A stretch of 64,000 nucleotides of DNA from Pseudomonadota bacterium (GTDB lineage Bacteria; Bdellovibrionota_C; UBA2361; OMII01), in assembly GCA_027485595.1 (NCBI GenBank), contig JAIXQT010000249.1:5320-69319 (forward strand), in the 5' to 3' direction. The position numbers and the translations under genes are program-made. Numbering within the stretch: position 1 is the first letter of the stretch; every line of letters begins with the position of its first letter. Shown here piece by piece: positions 1 through 10,028 of this stretch. The notes beneath the pieces are model-generated. The model saw nothing but the letters and a program-made list of their open reading frames with translations. It did no database searches and was not told the DNA's origin.

Positions 1-1072
1 GATATCACCGTCCAACACCGAATTAACGTCGGAGGTTTCGTAGCTACTTCGCAAATCCTTCACCAATTGGTAGGGCTGCATCACGTAATTTCGCACCTGG
101 CTTCCGAAGTCTATCTTCTTCCGCACACCCTTAATTTGATCCATCTTCGCTTGCTGCTGCGCCTGCTCGCGCTCGAACAATTTCGACTTCAGAATCTTTA
201 AGGCGCGCGCTTTGTTCTTGTGCTGGGACCGTTCACTCTGACAAGCCACTATGATTCCGGAGGGAATGTGCGTTAAACGCACGGCGGAGTCAGTTTTATT
301 AACGTGCTGGCCGCCCGCGCCAGAGGAGCGATAGGTATCGATACGAAGGTCCGCCTCGTTTACCGTCACGTCGACCTCCTCTTCGATATCAGGTGTAACG
401 CTCACCGATGCAAAGGAGGTGTGCCGCCGAGCATTCGAGTCAAACGGCGAGATACGAACAAGTCGGTGCACTCCAGACTCATTTCGAAGGTTCCCATACA
501 CGTAGGTCCCAGAGATCAGAAGCGTGGCGTTCTTGATACCAGCCCCTTCACCCGGCTGGTAATCCATAACCTCAATACCATACCGCTTTTTCTCGGCCCA
601 CCGCATATACATGCGGAGAAGCATGTCAGCCCAATCCTGCGACTCGGTCCCTCCGGCACCAGAGTTAATCTCGATGATGGCATTCTGACTATCGAATTCT
701 CCATTCATCTTGCATTTAAATTCCAGCTCCCCAACCCCCTGGGCTAACTCATCAACGAGTCTTCCGGCCTCGGACAGGAACTCAGGGTCATTTGCCTCTC
801 GAGCGAGTTCAAGAGCGGTCTCGGTATCCGCTTTAAGGGTGTCGAGCTTCTTGAAGTGCTGCAGGGTCGCAACGCTCTGGGCGCGCTCCCTCATCAGAGA
901 TTTGGCTTGCGCGCCATCACTCCAGATATCCCCGTCCTGGGATTGTCGCTCTAATTCTTCTACTTTGGTCGTCAGATTTGGGATGTCAAAGAAACTCCCT
1001 AAGGACTTCTACGCGTTCCGCGAGCCCTTGAAGTTTGTACTTAATCTCTGATGGATCAAACTGCTGTATCAT
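1..1072 (-). CDS. prfB: Peptide chain release factor 2 (two-frame gene needing a programmed +1 frameshift; extreme C-terminus lies left of the window)
   Basis: Own minus-strand translation. ATG at 1072-1070 is followed by 28 codons (MIQQFDPSEIKYKLQGLAERVEVLREFL) and an in-frame TGA at 988-986. The +1 frame continues DIPNLTTKVEELERQSQDG...RSSGAGGQHVNKTDSAVRLTHIPSGIIVACQSERSQHKNK, with GGQ encoded at 315-307. It is missing from the ORF track because of the frameshift and the window edge. Confidence 0.93.
985..1000 (-). promoter_or_regulatory. prfB programmed +1 ribosomal frameshift cassette (AGGGAG TTT CTT TGA C)
   Basis: The minus strand reads CTT AGG GAG TTT CTT TGA C. That is an internal SD-like AGGGAG (1000-995), the slippery CTT (991-989), the stop TGA (988-986) and a following C. 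This is the same layout as the classical E. coli prfB site CTT AGG GGG TAT CTT TGA C. Confidence 0.9.
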
Positions 1073-1154
1073 AGTTAAGCCGTATACGTTGGCGTCCTCA
1101 ATTCGTCAATTGGGTAGTGAGCGGGCCCGGCACGCAGCGGCAAGCCCCTTAAAC

Positions 1155-1682
1155 CTACCTCACGACGAGCCTGCTGCGGATGTAGCGCTCTCTTCGGCGC
1201 ATCCGCTGGGCATCTGCAGCCGGCACCTTCTCGTGATCATATCCGCAGAGGTGCAGCACACCGTGCACCACCAGCCGCGCTAGCTCCTCCCGCTTGGTAA
1301 CACCGAACTCCTTAGCCTGTTTGAGCGTAGTTTCGGTGGAGATAACGAGGTCTCCAAGGTAGGGGCCAGGAGCATCAACCCTTCGCCGTGAACGGCCGGA
1401 TATCTCCTTAGGATGAAACTGAGGGAAGGAGAGAACATCGGTCGCCTTATCCTTGTTTCGATATTCCTTGTTGAGCACCTGAATTCGGGCATCATCGGTC
1501 AGTGCAAGGTGAATCTCACACACCTCCGGAATAGCGATGTCGGATTCCACGTGGTGAAGCACCTGTGTAAGGAGCTTCTTAATCCACGACGAGGGGATGC
1601 CGAGCTTTCGACTCTCGACCGAGAGATGGATCTTCCAAGTACGTTTATCGGAGGAGGCGTTCTTTCGCTGGATTGCTGGCAC
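1155..1682 (-). CDS. ybeY: rRNA maturation endoribonuclease YbeY
   Basis: 175 aa with the zinc motif HGVLHLCGYDH. The GTG start overlaps the upstream stop (TAGTG). It sits in the conserved phoH / HD-membrane protein / ybeY order. Confidence 0.9.
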   Translation of the reverse strand: MPAIQRKNASSDKRTWKIHLSVESRKLGIPSSWIKKLLTQVLHHVESDIAIPEVCEIHLALTDDARIQVLNKEYRNKDKATDVLSFPQFHPKEISGRSRRRVDAPGPYLGDLVISTETTLKQAKEFGVTKREELARLVVHGVLHLCGYDHEKVPAADAQRMRRRERYIRSRLVVR

Positions 1683-3304
1683 TATTCGACCCCTAGTCTC
1701 TTAAGATTATCTCGCCCCTTAGCTCCTCGGGCGGCGTCGGAGATTGATCCCTCCTCAGCGCCGTGGTCAGAGTATGAGCTCCCACTCTTATCTGCGGGCT
1801 CAGAGTAGGCGATTCGTTGATGATAGATACCGCTGAGGACTCTCGTAAAGCACTTCGCGATCACGTGAAGGTCTCGCAAGGTAAGGTCGCACTCGTTAAG
1901 CTCTCCACTCGCAAAAACCTTATTGATCATCTTTTGAACGAGTCCTTGAATACGATCGAAGGATGGCTCACTCAAGGTCCGGCTTGCTGCCTCGATACCA
2001 TCAGCAAGCATGAGCACACCAGCTTCACGAGTTTGAGGCTTAGGTCCCGGATAGGAAAACGAAGCTCTATCCACTGAGTCTGGATCGTTACCGGACTCTT
2101 CTGCCTCCTTACGAGCCTTATCGTAGAAGTACTCGATCATCGAGGTGCCATGATGTTGCCCGATGAGGTCCTCAATGACCTGAGGCAGCCTGTGCTTACG
2201 CGAGAGCTCAACTCCCTCCTTCACGTGAGCGCGAATAATTAACGCTGACATCGAAGGACTCAATTTATCGTGTCGATTGTCCCCGGGGGTCTGATTCTCC
2301 ACGAAGTAGAGGGGCTTCGCGATCTTGCCAATATCATGAAAATAAGCGCCCACCCGACACACAACGGGATTCGCTCCAATAGCGTCAGCCGCTGACTCTA
2401 CCATCATCCCAATCACCATCGAATGGTTCCACGTGCCCGGTGCCTGAACGCTCAGCTCCTTTAATAAGGGATGGTCCAAAGTAGCCATCTCAATCAGTCG
2501 CATATCCGAGGCGTATCCACTCAGGTATTCCACAACGGGGGTGAGCCCAACGGCTATAATTGCACTCAAACCACCACTCACAAGACACCCTAAAATCCTA
2601 ACAGTGGCATCTAGCGTACCGGTGGGTGGAACGATAAGGAGCGAAATGACGGCAAAGGGGAGGGAAGCGACGCTTATCTTGACCGCGGCCCGCAGATACG
2701 CTGAGCGCGAACGTACGCGCACAAACTCAACACACGCTACGATTGAGGTTGTAAGAATTAATCCTGCCGTAATCCCGGGGGCAGGGGCGTAGGTTCCCAT
2801 GATAATTGTCTCGAAGATCGCAACGATTAACCCCAGATGAAGCCCCAGAATTGATCGGACGATAAGAATGGGAAGAGCGAAAGGCATGCAGAGAGCGAGC
2901 GACTCCATCGAAACGCCCCTCCACATGTCGTGCATGTTTCCATAACTGATCAACGCGAAGGAGATAATGTTTCCAAAGCTCACCACCATCACAGAGCTCA
3001 GGAGCAGCGCGTATATCAAAAGGTCACTTTTCACCTCTCGTTGCCGATATGACGAGAGCGCGTGTAGTGCCGCAATATGCACCCCACATATGGTTAGGAT
3101 AACCGCCAGTCCACGAACTAAACGAACGGTGACGGGGAGGTCCGCACCCTGAGCACCGAGACACAGCTCGGCGGCCACAACAACGGCAGCCTGGCAACAC
3201 CCCACGACGAGGAAGCGCCAACGCCCCTCTGTCAGAAGGCTGCTATTCTTCGTCCCGGTCATACGCCTGAATAATACGGGACACGAGGGGATGCCGTACG
3301 ACAT
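1682..3304 (-). CDS. 7TM receptor with intracellular HD hydrolase domain (PgpH/YqfF-like, possible c-di-AMP phosphodiesterase)
   Basis: The N-terminal two thirds are multi-TM. The C-terminal HD domain carries YFHDIGKIAKP and GQHHGTSMIEYF. The start is uncertain: Met15 at 3262 would reduce the overlap with phoH. Confidence 0.8.
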   Translation of the reverse strand: MSYGIPSCPVLFRRMTGTKNSSLLTEGRWRFLVVGCCQAAVVVAAELCLGAQGADLPVTVRLVRGLAVILTICGVHIAALHALSSYRQREVKSDLLIYALLLSSVMVVSFGNIISFALISYGNMHDMWRGVSMESLALCMPFALPILIVRSILGLHLGLIVAIFETIIMGTYAPAPGITAGLILTTSIVACVEFVRVRSRSAYLRAAVKISVASLPFAVISLLIVPPTGTLDATVRILGCLVSGGLSAIIAVGLTPVVEYLSGYASDMRLIEMATLDHPLLKELSVQAPGTWNHSMVIGMMVESAADAIGANPVVCRVGAYFHDIGKIAKPLYFVENQTPGDNRHDKLSPSMSALIIRAHVKEGVELSRKHRLPQVIEDLIGQHHGTSMIEYFYDKARKEAEESGNDPDSVDRASFSYPGPKPQTREAGVLMLADGIEAASRTLSEPSFDRIQGLVQKMINKVFASGELNECDLTLRDLHVIAKCFTRVLSGIYHQRIAYSEPADKSGSSYSDHGAEEGSISDAARGAKGRDNLKRLGVE

Positions 3305-4235
3305 CCTCGTCGGTGAAGTGCACGATCGACACCCCGTCGGTGTTGTTTAAAATCTTGAGTCCGTGCGTAAGGCCTGACACCATTCCTCGTGGAAGGTCGA
3401 TCTGCGTCGGGTCGCCCGTGACCACACAGGTCGAGCCAAACCCGAGCCGCGTCAAGAACATCTTCATCTGAACAGGTGTTGTATTCTGCGCCTCATCAAG
3501 GATAACAAACGCGTTAGAGAGCGTGCGCCCACGCATGAAAGCTAGGGGAGCTACTTCCACCACACCTTTCTCAACCATCTCCTTCGCGCGGTCCACATCC
3601 ACCATATCGTAGAGAGCGTCATAGAGTGGTCGTAGGTAAGGATTCACCTTTTCTGCCATATCTCCCGGTAAGAATCCGAGCTTCTCACCCGCTTCAACAG
3701 CGGGACGGCAGAGCACAATTCGCTTGACCTCTTTATTAACTAAGGCCGATACAGCCATAGCCATCGCGAGATAGGTCTTTCCAGTTCCAGCTGGTCCAAC
3801 ACCGAACACAACGCTGTGGTTCTTAATCTCCTCGATGTAGGTCTTCTGCTTAAAGGTCTTCGGTACGATCTTCGTGCGCTTTCCGGATGTCCGAATCTGA
3901 TCGCGAAAGAGCTCCGAGAGCTGCAGACGCTGATTACCGGAGAGCATCTTTATCGCCCGCTCAACATCACCTTTAAAAACAACCTCTCCCTGCTCGATCA
4001 ATCCACGGAGCTGCGTGAGGAGCGAATGCCCCAGCTCGACGTCGGTATCTTGACCAACCAGGACGAGCCCCTCCGGAGATCGCCCGATCTTTAAACCAAG
4101 CTCCCGTTCGATCGTTTTAAGATTTTCGTCTTTGTCGCCAACTAATGATTGAAGAACGCTCGCGTCTGGGAAGTGAACATCCATCTCTTTAAGCGCGCCT
4201 TTCGGATCTCCTGCTCGTCGTCCGTATCCCGTCAT
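3243..4235 (-). CDS. phoH: PhoH-like ATPase
   Basis: 330 aa with Walker A GPAGTGKTYLAMA, ILDEAQN and the C-terminal RHPLV motif typical of PhoH/YbeZ. Confidence 0.9.
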   Translation of the reverse strand: MTGYGRRAGDPKGALKEMDVHFPDASVLQSLVGDKDENLKTIERELGLKIGRSPEGLVLVGQDTDVELGHSLLTQLRGLIEQGEVVFKGDVERAIKMLSGNQRLQLSELFRDQIRTSGKRTKIVPKTFKQKTYIEEIKNHSVVFGVGPAGTGKTYLAMAMAVSALVNKEVKRIVLCRPAVEAGEKLGFLPGDMAEKVNPYLRPLYDALYDMVDVDRAKEMVEKGVVEVAPLAFMRGRTLSNAFVILDEAQNTTPVQMKMFLTRLGFGSTCVVTGDPTQIDLPRGMVSGLTHGLKILNNTDGVSIVHFTDEDVVRHPLVSRIIQAYDRDEE

Positions 4236-4484
4236 TTGGTATTTCTTTGTTACGACACCACTACACTACACGTCACAGCCGGCCTCTTGAAGATGATGCG
4301 CTCAATCTCTGTTCAACAGAGTTCGCTCACTTCATCTCTCTCACATACCCCGTTGGGAGCAAAAGACCAACCCACTCTTATAGAACCCTGCGTCGTCCCA
4401 AGGATACCACATCCCCGCCTATGCCCACCCAAGAAAATCTACGTAGTCCAATGATTTAGCTCTCTTGGATGGCTCTTTCCCCAC

Positions 4485-5498
4485 TCAATGAGGCTCAACC
4501 TCTATCTGCGACCCCTTAAAACGCAGGACCTGGTAGTCGAAGTCAAGGTGACGGTCTCCTTCTTCGTTCACCTCATGAAGCCCGACGATAGCGAACGGCT
4601 TGTCTGTGGTACCGGTTACCAAGAGAGCGGCGTCGTGGAATACCGCGGCCGACACCACATGATCCGACCTTCCGTGACGATCGGTATAGCTCCTTATAAA
4701 TTCTGGAGAGAGCCGAGGTGCTGTAAACCAAACACCCTCAAAAGCTCCTGCCGCGCTCTCAATATCAGCCGACGCCTCAATGAAATTGCACCCAATCAGA
4801 GGGATATCAACACGAAGAGAACGAAGCTGTCGCGCAAAGCGTCCATTCAATCCCGCCGCAAGACACACACCTATCGCGTCAAAGCCACCCGCCTTCGCTT
4901 TCAGGATTGAGGCTTGAAAACTATCTGGATTGGTCGAGAAATCCTCCCATATACTATCCGGGAATTCGTCCGTCAGCGCGCGAGCCCATTCAGTGGTGTA
5001 GGTATGCGTTGAGGTGAAGAGCGCGAGTTTCTTATATCCCCGCCGCTTTATCTCGCCCGCCATGAAGGAGAAATCCTTCGCGTTTGAGGTCCACAGTCTA
5101 AGAGCGTACGGATTATCCGCGAACTTAACACCTGACGCCCACGCAAGGAGCGGGATTTTATGTTTCAACGCTATCGGCGCGATAGCCTGCGCGGTGACAG
5201 TATCACCCACGAGAACGCCTGAGATCTTGTCCACCTCAACTAATTTGCGAAACGCGGAGACGCTCCGGGCGGGAAGAAACCCATCATCTTCGTAGATGAA
5301 CGTAGCCTTTGAACCAACATCGGCCAGCTCAATACCCCGTCGATATGCCTGACCGTAGGCGCCCCAATCCCCCGTATAGCTCGCGAGAACACCAACCTTT
5401 TGCTGAGCTGCCACCGGTGAGCAGAGGAATACAAAGATACATGACGAGAGAAGTGCTCGCTTTACCGAGGGCATGCGTCCGAACATGGAATTCTCCAT
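4485..5498 (-). CDS. Periplasmic substrate-binding protein, LivJ/Peripla_BP_6-like (ABC-type, amino-acid family)
   Basis: Signal-peptide-like SVKRALLSSCIFVFLCSPVAAQQ is followed by KVGVLASYTGDWGAYGQAYRRGIELA, typical of branched-chain amino-acid type binding proteins. The start is ambiguous (Met at 5498, 5486 or 5474; the ORF extends to 5543). Confidence 0.65.
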   Translation of the reverse strand: MENSMFGRMPSVKRALLSSCIFVFLCSPVAAQQKVGVLASYTGDWGAYGQAYRRGIELADVGSKATFIYEDDGFLPARSVSAFRKLVEVDKISGVLVGDTVTAQAIAPIALKHKIPLLAWASGVKFADNPYALRLWTSNAKDFSFMAGEIKRRGYKKLALFTSTHTYTTEWARALTDEFPDSIWEDFSTNPDSFQASILKAKAGGFDAIGVCLAAGLNGRFARQLRSLRVDIPLIGCNFIEASADIESAAGAFEGVWFTAPRLSPEFIRSYTDRHGRSDHVVSAAVFHDAALLVTGTTDKPFAIVGLHEVNEEGDRHLDFDYQVLRFKGSQIEVEPH

Positions 5499-5611
5499 TT
5501 TGCCGCAGGAGAGCAAGGCCGGCACTGCCCCTGCGTGGTCCAAGGCATGGTAGCCATGCTCCGCCAGAAAAGCGAGCCACGCCCAACCAGCAAGCTGATT
5601 TTTAAACTTAC

Positions 5612-5717
5612 CACGTGAACGTGCTCTTAAACGTGAACGTGAACGTGAACGAACCCGATTAATCCCACGACTTTTCGGGTACGTTTACGTTCACGCGCAC
5701 GACCACGTTTACGTCTG
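5612..5717. repeat. ACGT-phased hexamer array forming a ~100-nt imperfect palindrome (copy 1 of 2)
   Basis: The sequence reads acgtga acgtgc tcttaa acgtga acgtga acgtga acgaac ccgatt aatccc acgact tttcgg gtacgt ttacgt tcacgc gcacga ccacgt ttacgt. The arms are mutually complementary around a centre acccga...tttcgggt. A related copy lies at 29438-29536. Confidence 0.8.
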
Positions 5718-5761
5718 AAAATAGGTGGACTTATCTCTCCTCGGCGTTCTTCAACAGGTAT

Positions 5762-7024
5762 CTACCGAAAAATCGGATACCCCTCCGGCGCCGGCAATCC
5801 AAGCACCGCCCTTCGCACGAGATCGAGCGCGACGTACGATGCGTAACTACGGACGTTCTGACGCTCGCTTACGTAGAGACACTTCATCTCAAAGGAGCGA
5901 GACTCTGAGGAGATCCCCACAAAGAAAGTTCCAACCGGCTTAGCCTCTGAACCGCCGTCCGGCCCAGCAACACCGCTAATGGAGACACCGAAGGAGGTTT
6001 TAAACTTCGCTCGAACGTTCTTCGCCAACTCACGTACCGTCTCTGCGCTTACCGCGCCGGTTGTTTCAAGAGTTTCGTGCGAGACGCCAACGATCCGTTC
6101 CTTGATATCGTTACTGTAGGCGACAACGCCCCCGTGAAAGACAGCGGACGAGCCCGGTGTGCGCGTCAAGATCTCTGAAACCATCCCTCCAGTGCATGAC
6201 TCGGCGGTTGCTACCGTGAGCCCCTTAGAGATGAGCAATTGTTGAAGTGAGGTGATGAAGCTCTCCGCGGGATTCTCTGTGAAGATCGTATCTCGTTGAA
6301 GCGCATCCTTCACGGAAGCCACATGTGGCGCAAGGTCAAAGCTCTTCGGAGCTTTAAGAACAACGTGCACCTCAGGAAACGCTGCTCGGTAGGAAACCGT
6401 TATCTCTTGTGGAAGCTTAAGCCCTTCAATCAAACGTCCAACCGTGGACTCAGGCAATCCAAAGGTCTTCATCGTCGCGCGTTGAATCGGCTCAACGCCT
6501 CCACATCTCGCCTCAATCATCGGCAACACCGTGTCGAGGAACATAGGCTTGAATTCACGGGGAACACCCGAGAGTGACACAACGGTCGGACCGCCATCCC
6601 GTGTCATCGCGAATCCGGGAGCGGTGCCGTTCGCGTTCGGAACCATCGTCGCACCGATCGGCAGAAGGGTTTGCCTTCTATTCTGCGAATCCAAAACACG
6701 CCCACGCTTCGCGAAGAAGCCCTCGAGGTGCGCGACCGCGTCAGGGTGCTCCGAAAGCCCAACACCAAAGAAAGCGGCGACCATATCACGGGTAAGATCA
6801 TCGCTTGTTGGGCCAAGCCCTCCTGAGGTGATGATGAAATCGCTTACCGTTGAAAGATCTCGCAATCCCTGAACGAGCTCACTCATATCGTCATCGACGA
6901 CAAGGACACGTTTAAGTTTTAAACCTCGCTCTGAAAGCTCTTTAGCGACAAAATTTGAATTGGTATCAACGACCCGGCCATCAAGAAGTTCAGAGCCAGT
7001 TGCCAGGATTGAAACCGAACGCAT
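5762..7024 (-). CDS. cinA: CinA family protein (competence/damage-inducible; NMN amidohydrolase PncC domain)
   Basis: 420 aa. The N-terminal MoCF-type domain has ILATGSELLDGRVVDTNS and the C-terminal domain has ATAESCTGG. Confidence 0.88.
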   Translation of the reverse strand: MRSVSILATGSELLDGRVVDTNSNFVAKELSERGLKLKRVLVVDDDMSELVQGLRDLSTVSDFIITSGGLGPTSDDLTRDMVAAFFGVGLSEHPDAVAHLEGFFAKRGRVLDSQNRRQTLLPIGATMVPNANGTAPGFAMTRDGGPTVVSLSGVPREFKPMFLDTVLPMIEARCGGVEPIQRATMKTFGLPESTVGRLIEGLKLPQEITVSYRAAFPEVHVVLKAPKSFDLAPHVASVKDALQRDTIFTENPAESFITSLQQLLISKGLTVATAESCTGGMVSEILTRTPGSSAVFHGGVVAYSNDIKERIVGVSHETLETTGAVSAETVRELAKNVRAKFKTSFGVSISGVAGPDGGSEAKPVGTFFVGISSESRSFEMKCLYVSERQNVRSYASYVALDLVRRAVLGLPAPEGYPIFR

Positions 7025-8361
7025 TATGCCTTCTTCTTTGCGTTTGATCTCACAGACGCCACGTTAACAGCCGCGTGAGTTTTCTTCAGATCTTCGATCA
7101 TCGCGATAACAGCCGCTGGTGGACGAATCTCTGATGGCGAATCCATGATCTTCGCCTTCATTGGGTCGACGTATTTGCCCTTATCGAAGAGGCCGAAGTG
7201 GAGATGAACACCGCTTGCAAGTCCCGTACGCCCAACCGTTCCGATCACATCACCACGACCAATACGAGCGCCCTTGCGAACGTTCTTTCCTATTGAATTG
7301 AGGTGCATGTACTCAGTTGTGTAGCGATCGTTGTGCTTGATGCGAACAACATTCCCTGTACTTGAGCCGTAGCCAGCCTGTACCACCACACCATCACCTA
7401 CCGTTCGAACGGGCGTACCGAGCGGAGCGGCGAAATCAACACCGTTGTGTGGCCGAGAGATCTTTAGAACTGGGTGGAAACGGGAGAACGCGAACATCGA
7501 GGAGATACGGCTATACTTGAGGGGATAGCGAAGAAACGCCTTGGTTGGCATCGATCCCTTCTCGTCGAAGTAGCGAACGGTGCCATCCTTTGAGACATCT
7601 CGCACAACCGCGAGCATCTTTCCACTTAACTGAATCGAAGCGGCCTTAATCACACCGGGAGCAAGTCGCTCACCATCCTCAGAGACACGGTCTTCGTAAA
7701 TCACCGTGAAGGAATCGCCCGGTTGAATGTCCTTGGTGAACTCAACGCGATTAGAGAAGAGGTCAACGAAATCATCCACGAGGGAGAAGGGGATCTCTAA
7801 CCCGGTCGCCGAATCACCGAGGGAGGAAACAATAGTGCCGGTAACTCGACGCTCTTTGCTGATAACTTTAAGTTTATCGACCTTTACCGCGTAGCTACCG
7901 TGATCATCACGAGTAAGAATAACGGTTGCGTTCTCACCCTGCTTCTTTCGAACCTCTATGACTTCGCCGTTGAGTTGCGTAACCGCAAGCTCCTCTCCAA
8001 CTCGAAGAGATCCAGCGTTCACACCGGAGTCCTTCAACGCGTCGAGCACCGCGGTAACATCATCAACATCTCCACCGATCTCCCTCCACAACGAATTGAA
8101 GGTGGCGCCTTTCCTTACAGCGTGCTGGAAGGAACGAACGATCGGTTGTTGAGGGGGTGGCGGAGCTATCTCCGCTGGTTGTTCATGAAGGGAGTCCGCA
8201 AGTTGGTGAATGGGGCTCTCTTCGTCGTGCAGAAGCTCTCTAGATAGCTCACCCGTTCCGGCCCGGCCGAAAAGGATCTCATGGGGTAGAACCCCTTTTG
8301 TGAGGAGAGCGGCACCGGCGACTACGATGGTAGCGCGCGCGGCCCAGATGTACTTCTTCAT
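7024..8361 (-). CDS. M23 family peptidoglycan metalloendopeptidase
   Basis: N-terminal TM/signal. The C-terminus carries HNGVDFAAPLGTPV and GVHLHFGL (LytM/M23 zinc ligands). Its stop overlaps the cinA start (TAATG). Confidence 0.85.
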   Translation of the reverse strand: MKKYIWAARATIVVAGAALLTKGVLPHEILFGRAGTGELSRELLHDEESPIHQLADSLHEQPAEIAPPPPQQPIVRSFQHAVRKGATFNSLWREIGGDVDDVTAVLDALKDSGVNAGSLRVGEELAVTQLNGEVIEVRKKQGENATVILTRDDHGSYAVKVDKLKVISKERRVTGTIVSSLGDSATGLEIPFSLVDDFVDLFSNRVEFTKDIQPGDSFTVIYEDRVSEDGERLAPGVIKAASIQLSGKMLAVVRDVSKDGTVRYFDEKGSMPTKAFLRYPLKYSRISSMFAFSRFHPVLKISRPHNGVDFAAPLGTPVRTVGDGVVVQAGYGSSTGNVVRIKHNDRYTTEYMHLNSIGKNVRKGARIGRGDVIGTVGRTGLASGVHLHFGLFDKGKYVDPMKAKIMDSPSEIRPPAAVIAMIEDLKKTHAAVNVASVRSNAKKKA

Positions 8362-8512
8362 GCAGACCGGACTTTACTTGCATATGAGGCTGCTCACAAC
8401 CCCTGCAACCCCATCTATCTCCCTCAAACAATGGATAATCTTGAGTCCGGCTGGAGAAAAGGCAACGGCGCACGTACCCCGACTCCACAACACCGGGTAT
8501 ACTAAACGACGT

Positions 8513-8908
8513 ATGACGATAATCGGCGTGGACGTAGGAACGGTTCGAGTGGGTGTGGCGACGGCCGATCCCACCGTCCGCATCCCATTCCCGGTGGCTA
8601 TTTGGCCCCGAGCTCAATACGAAGCCGAAAAGAACATCCTTAAACTTATCGAAGAGCGCAAAGGATCCCTCTTGGTCGTTGGCCTGCCCCTGGATGAGGA
8701 TGGCAACCGAACCGATATCTGTGAAAACATCGATGCCTTCGTTCGTCGTCTTGCCAAACGCACCCCCATCAAGATTGTATATATAGATGAAGCATTCTCC
8801 TCCGTTGAGGCGTCTGAAAAGTTGTCGCAAGCAGCGAGCTCAGTTCACCGAGTGGACGCCGCCGCGGCATGCCTCATCCTTCAGCGATACTTCGACCTAA
8901 ACCATTGA
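8513..8908 (+). CDS. ruvX: Putative pre-16S rRNA nuclease / Holliday junction resolvase-like YqgF
   Basis: From the ATG at 8513: MTIIGVDVGTVRVGVATAD...LVVGLPLDEDG, typical YqgF. The upstream part of the 8210 ORF is antisense to the M23 gene and was rejected. Confidence 0.88.
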   Translation: MTIIGVDVGTVRVGVATADPTVRIPFPVAIWPRAQYEAEKNILKLIEERKGSLLVVGLPLDEDGNRTDICENIDAFVRRLAKRTPIKIVYIDEAFSSVEASEKLSQAASSVHRVDAAAACLILQRYFDLNH

Positions 8909-8933
8909 ATCGAGACGCTTTTAGAGACTCCCT

Positions 8934-10016
8934 ATGCGAAAGTTAGCTGTCATTGCGGTCTACCTGGCGATTCCGATAGCTGCAGCGGTCGCAAGCTTTA
9001 AGGCGGCGGAGTACTACTTCCTAGCCCCCCTTGACCCGACTAACACAGCAACCTCGATCTTTGAGGTTGCCCCAGACAAGAACTTCCGCGAGGTCGCGGC
9101 AAACCTGGAAGTGAATAACTACATCAAGCACCGCTACGCGATTCGCCTCCTGGCGAAACTTCAAAAGAAGGACACCCTCGTGATGGCGGGGGAGTACGAA
9201 TTCTCCCCCTCGATGAACCCTCAACAGATCCTCGACGCGATGGTCGAGGGGAAGATGATCCTCCGTACGATAACGCTCAAGGAGGGGGTAACGCTCCGCG
9301 AGATAGGCCCGATCCTTGAAGAGAGCGGAGTCACCCAGAAAGCTCTCTTTGACCAGGCGTTACAAGATCCAAAACTCCTTGAAGAGCTCAAGGTTCCAGC
9401 TTCAAGTTTTGAAGGGTATCTCTTCCCTGAAACCTACCGCATTCAACGTAACACCCCTCCGCGTAAAGTGATCCAAACGCTTCGTAATCAGCTCGAGAGT
9501 AGGTGGCTTGAGGAGTGGAACATGAGACTGCTGGAGCTCCAAATGACAAAGCATCAGGTGCTTACCCTCGCGTCGATTATTGAAAAGGAGTCTGGCAACG
9601 CCGAGGAACAACCTATTGTAGCTTCTGTCTTTCACAATAGATTGAATAAGGGGATGAGGCTTCAGTCCGACCCAACAGTGATCTACGGAATCCGCGACTT
9701 TAACGGCAACATAACAAAGGTCGACCTCCAAACAGCGACCCCGTACAACACCTACATCATCCCAGGGCTCCCTCCAGGACCGATAGCCAGCCCAGGACTC
9801 TCGGCAATCAAAGCGGCGCTCTATCCCGCCGAGACGAACTACTTCTATTTTGTAGGCAACGGCAAGGGGAAGCACATCTTCTCAGAGACCCTTGATGAAC
9901 ATAATCAGGCGGTCAACGTCTTTCAGCGAGGTAATGGATCTGCGGAATCAGTGAACGAAACCGCGGCCGAAACAGTTGCGCCTCAAGAGACACCGCTCTC
10001 TGAGCCGCAAACATAA
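8934..10016 (+). CDS. mltG: Endolytic murein transglycosylase MltG (YceG-like)
   Basis: N-terminal TM followed by a YceG domain with LASIIEKES (catalytic Glu context) and SDPTVIYG. Confidence 0.88.
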   Translation: MRKLAVIAVYLAIPIAAAVASFKAAEYYFLAPLDPTNTATSIFEVAPDKNFREVAANLEVNNYIKHRYAIRLLAKLQKKDTLVMAGEYEFSPSMNPQQILDAMVEGKMILRTITLKEGVTLREIGPILEESGVTQKALFDQALQDPKLLEELKVPASSFEGYLFPETYRIQRNTPPRKVIQTLRNQLESRWLEEWNMRLLELQMTKHQVLTLASIIEKESGNAEEQPIVASVFHNRLNKGMRLQSDPTVIYGIRDFNGNITKVDLQTATPYNTYIIPGLPPGPIASPGLSAIKAALYPAETNYFYFVGNGKGKHIFSETLDEHNQAVNVFQRGNGSAESVNETAAETVAPQETPLSEPQT

Positions 10017-10028
10017 AGCGCATCGAAG

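Noticed and set aside
304-1283. Plus-strand ORFs 304..747, 710..1051 and 1035..1283, and minus-strand ORF 516..704, in the track
   Set aside because: They lie on or against the clearly identifiable prfB coding sequence (GGQ motif, frameshift cassette) and the prfB-ybeY junction. Their translations are Arg/Ser/Pro-rich nonsense typical of shadow frames.
5612-5717. CRISPR array or simple microsatellite interpretation of the ACGT hexamer arrays (also 29438-29536)
   Set aside because: The repeat unit is only 6 nt and degenerate, with no spacers. The overall palindromic symmetry and the shared central core argue for a hairpin element instead. There are no cas genes in the window.
8210-8512. 5' extension of the ruvX ORF
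   Set aside because: It overlaps the M23 peptidase gene antisense. The YqgF homology starts at MTIIGVDVG (8513).
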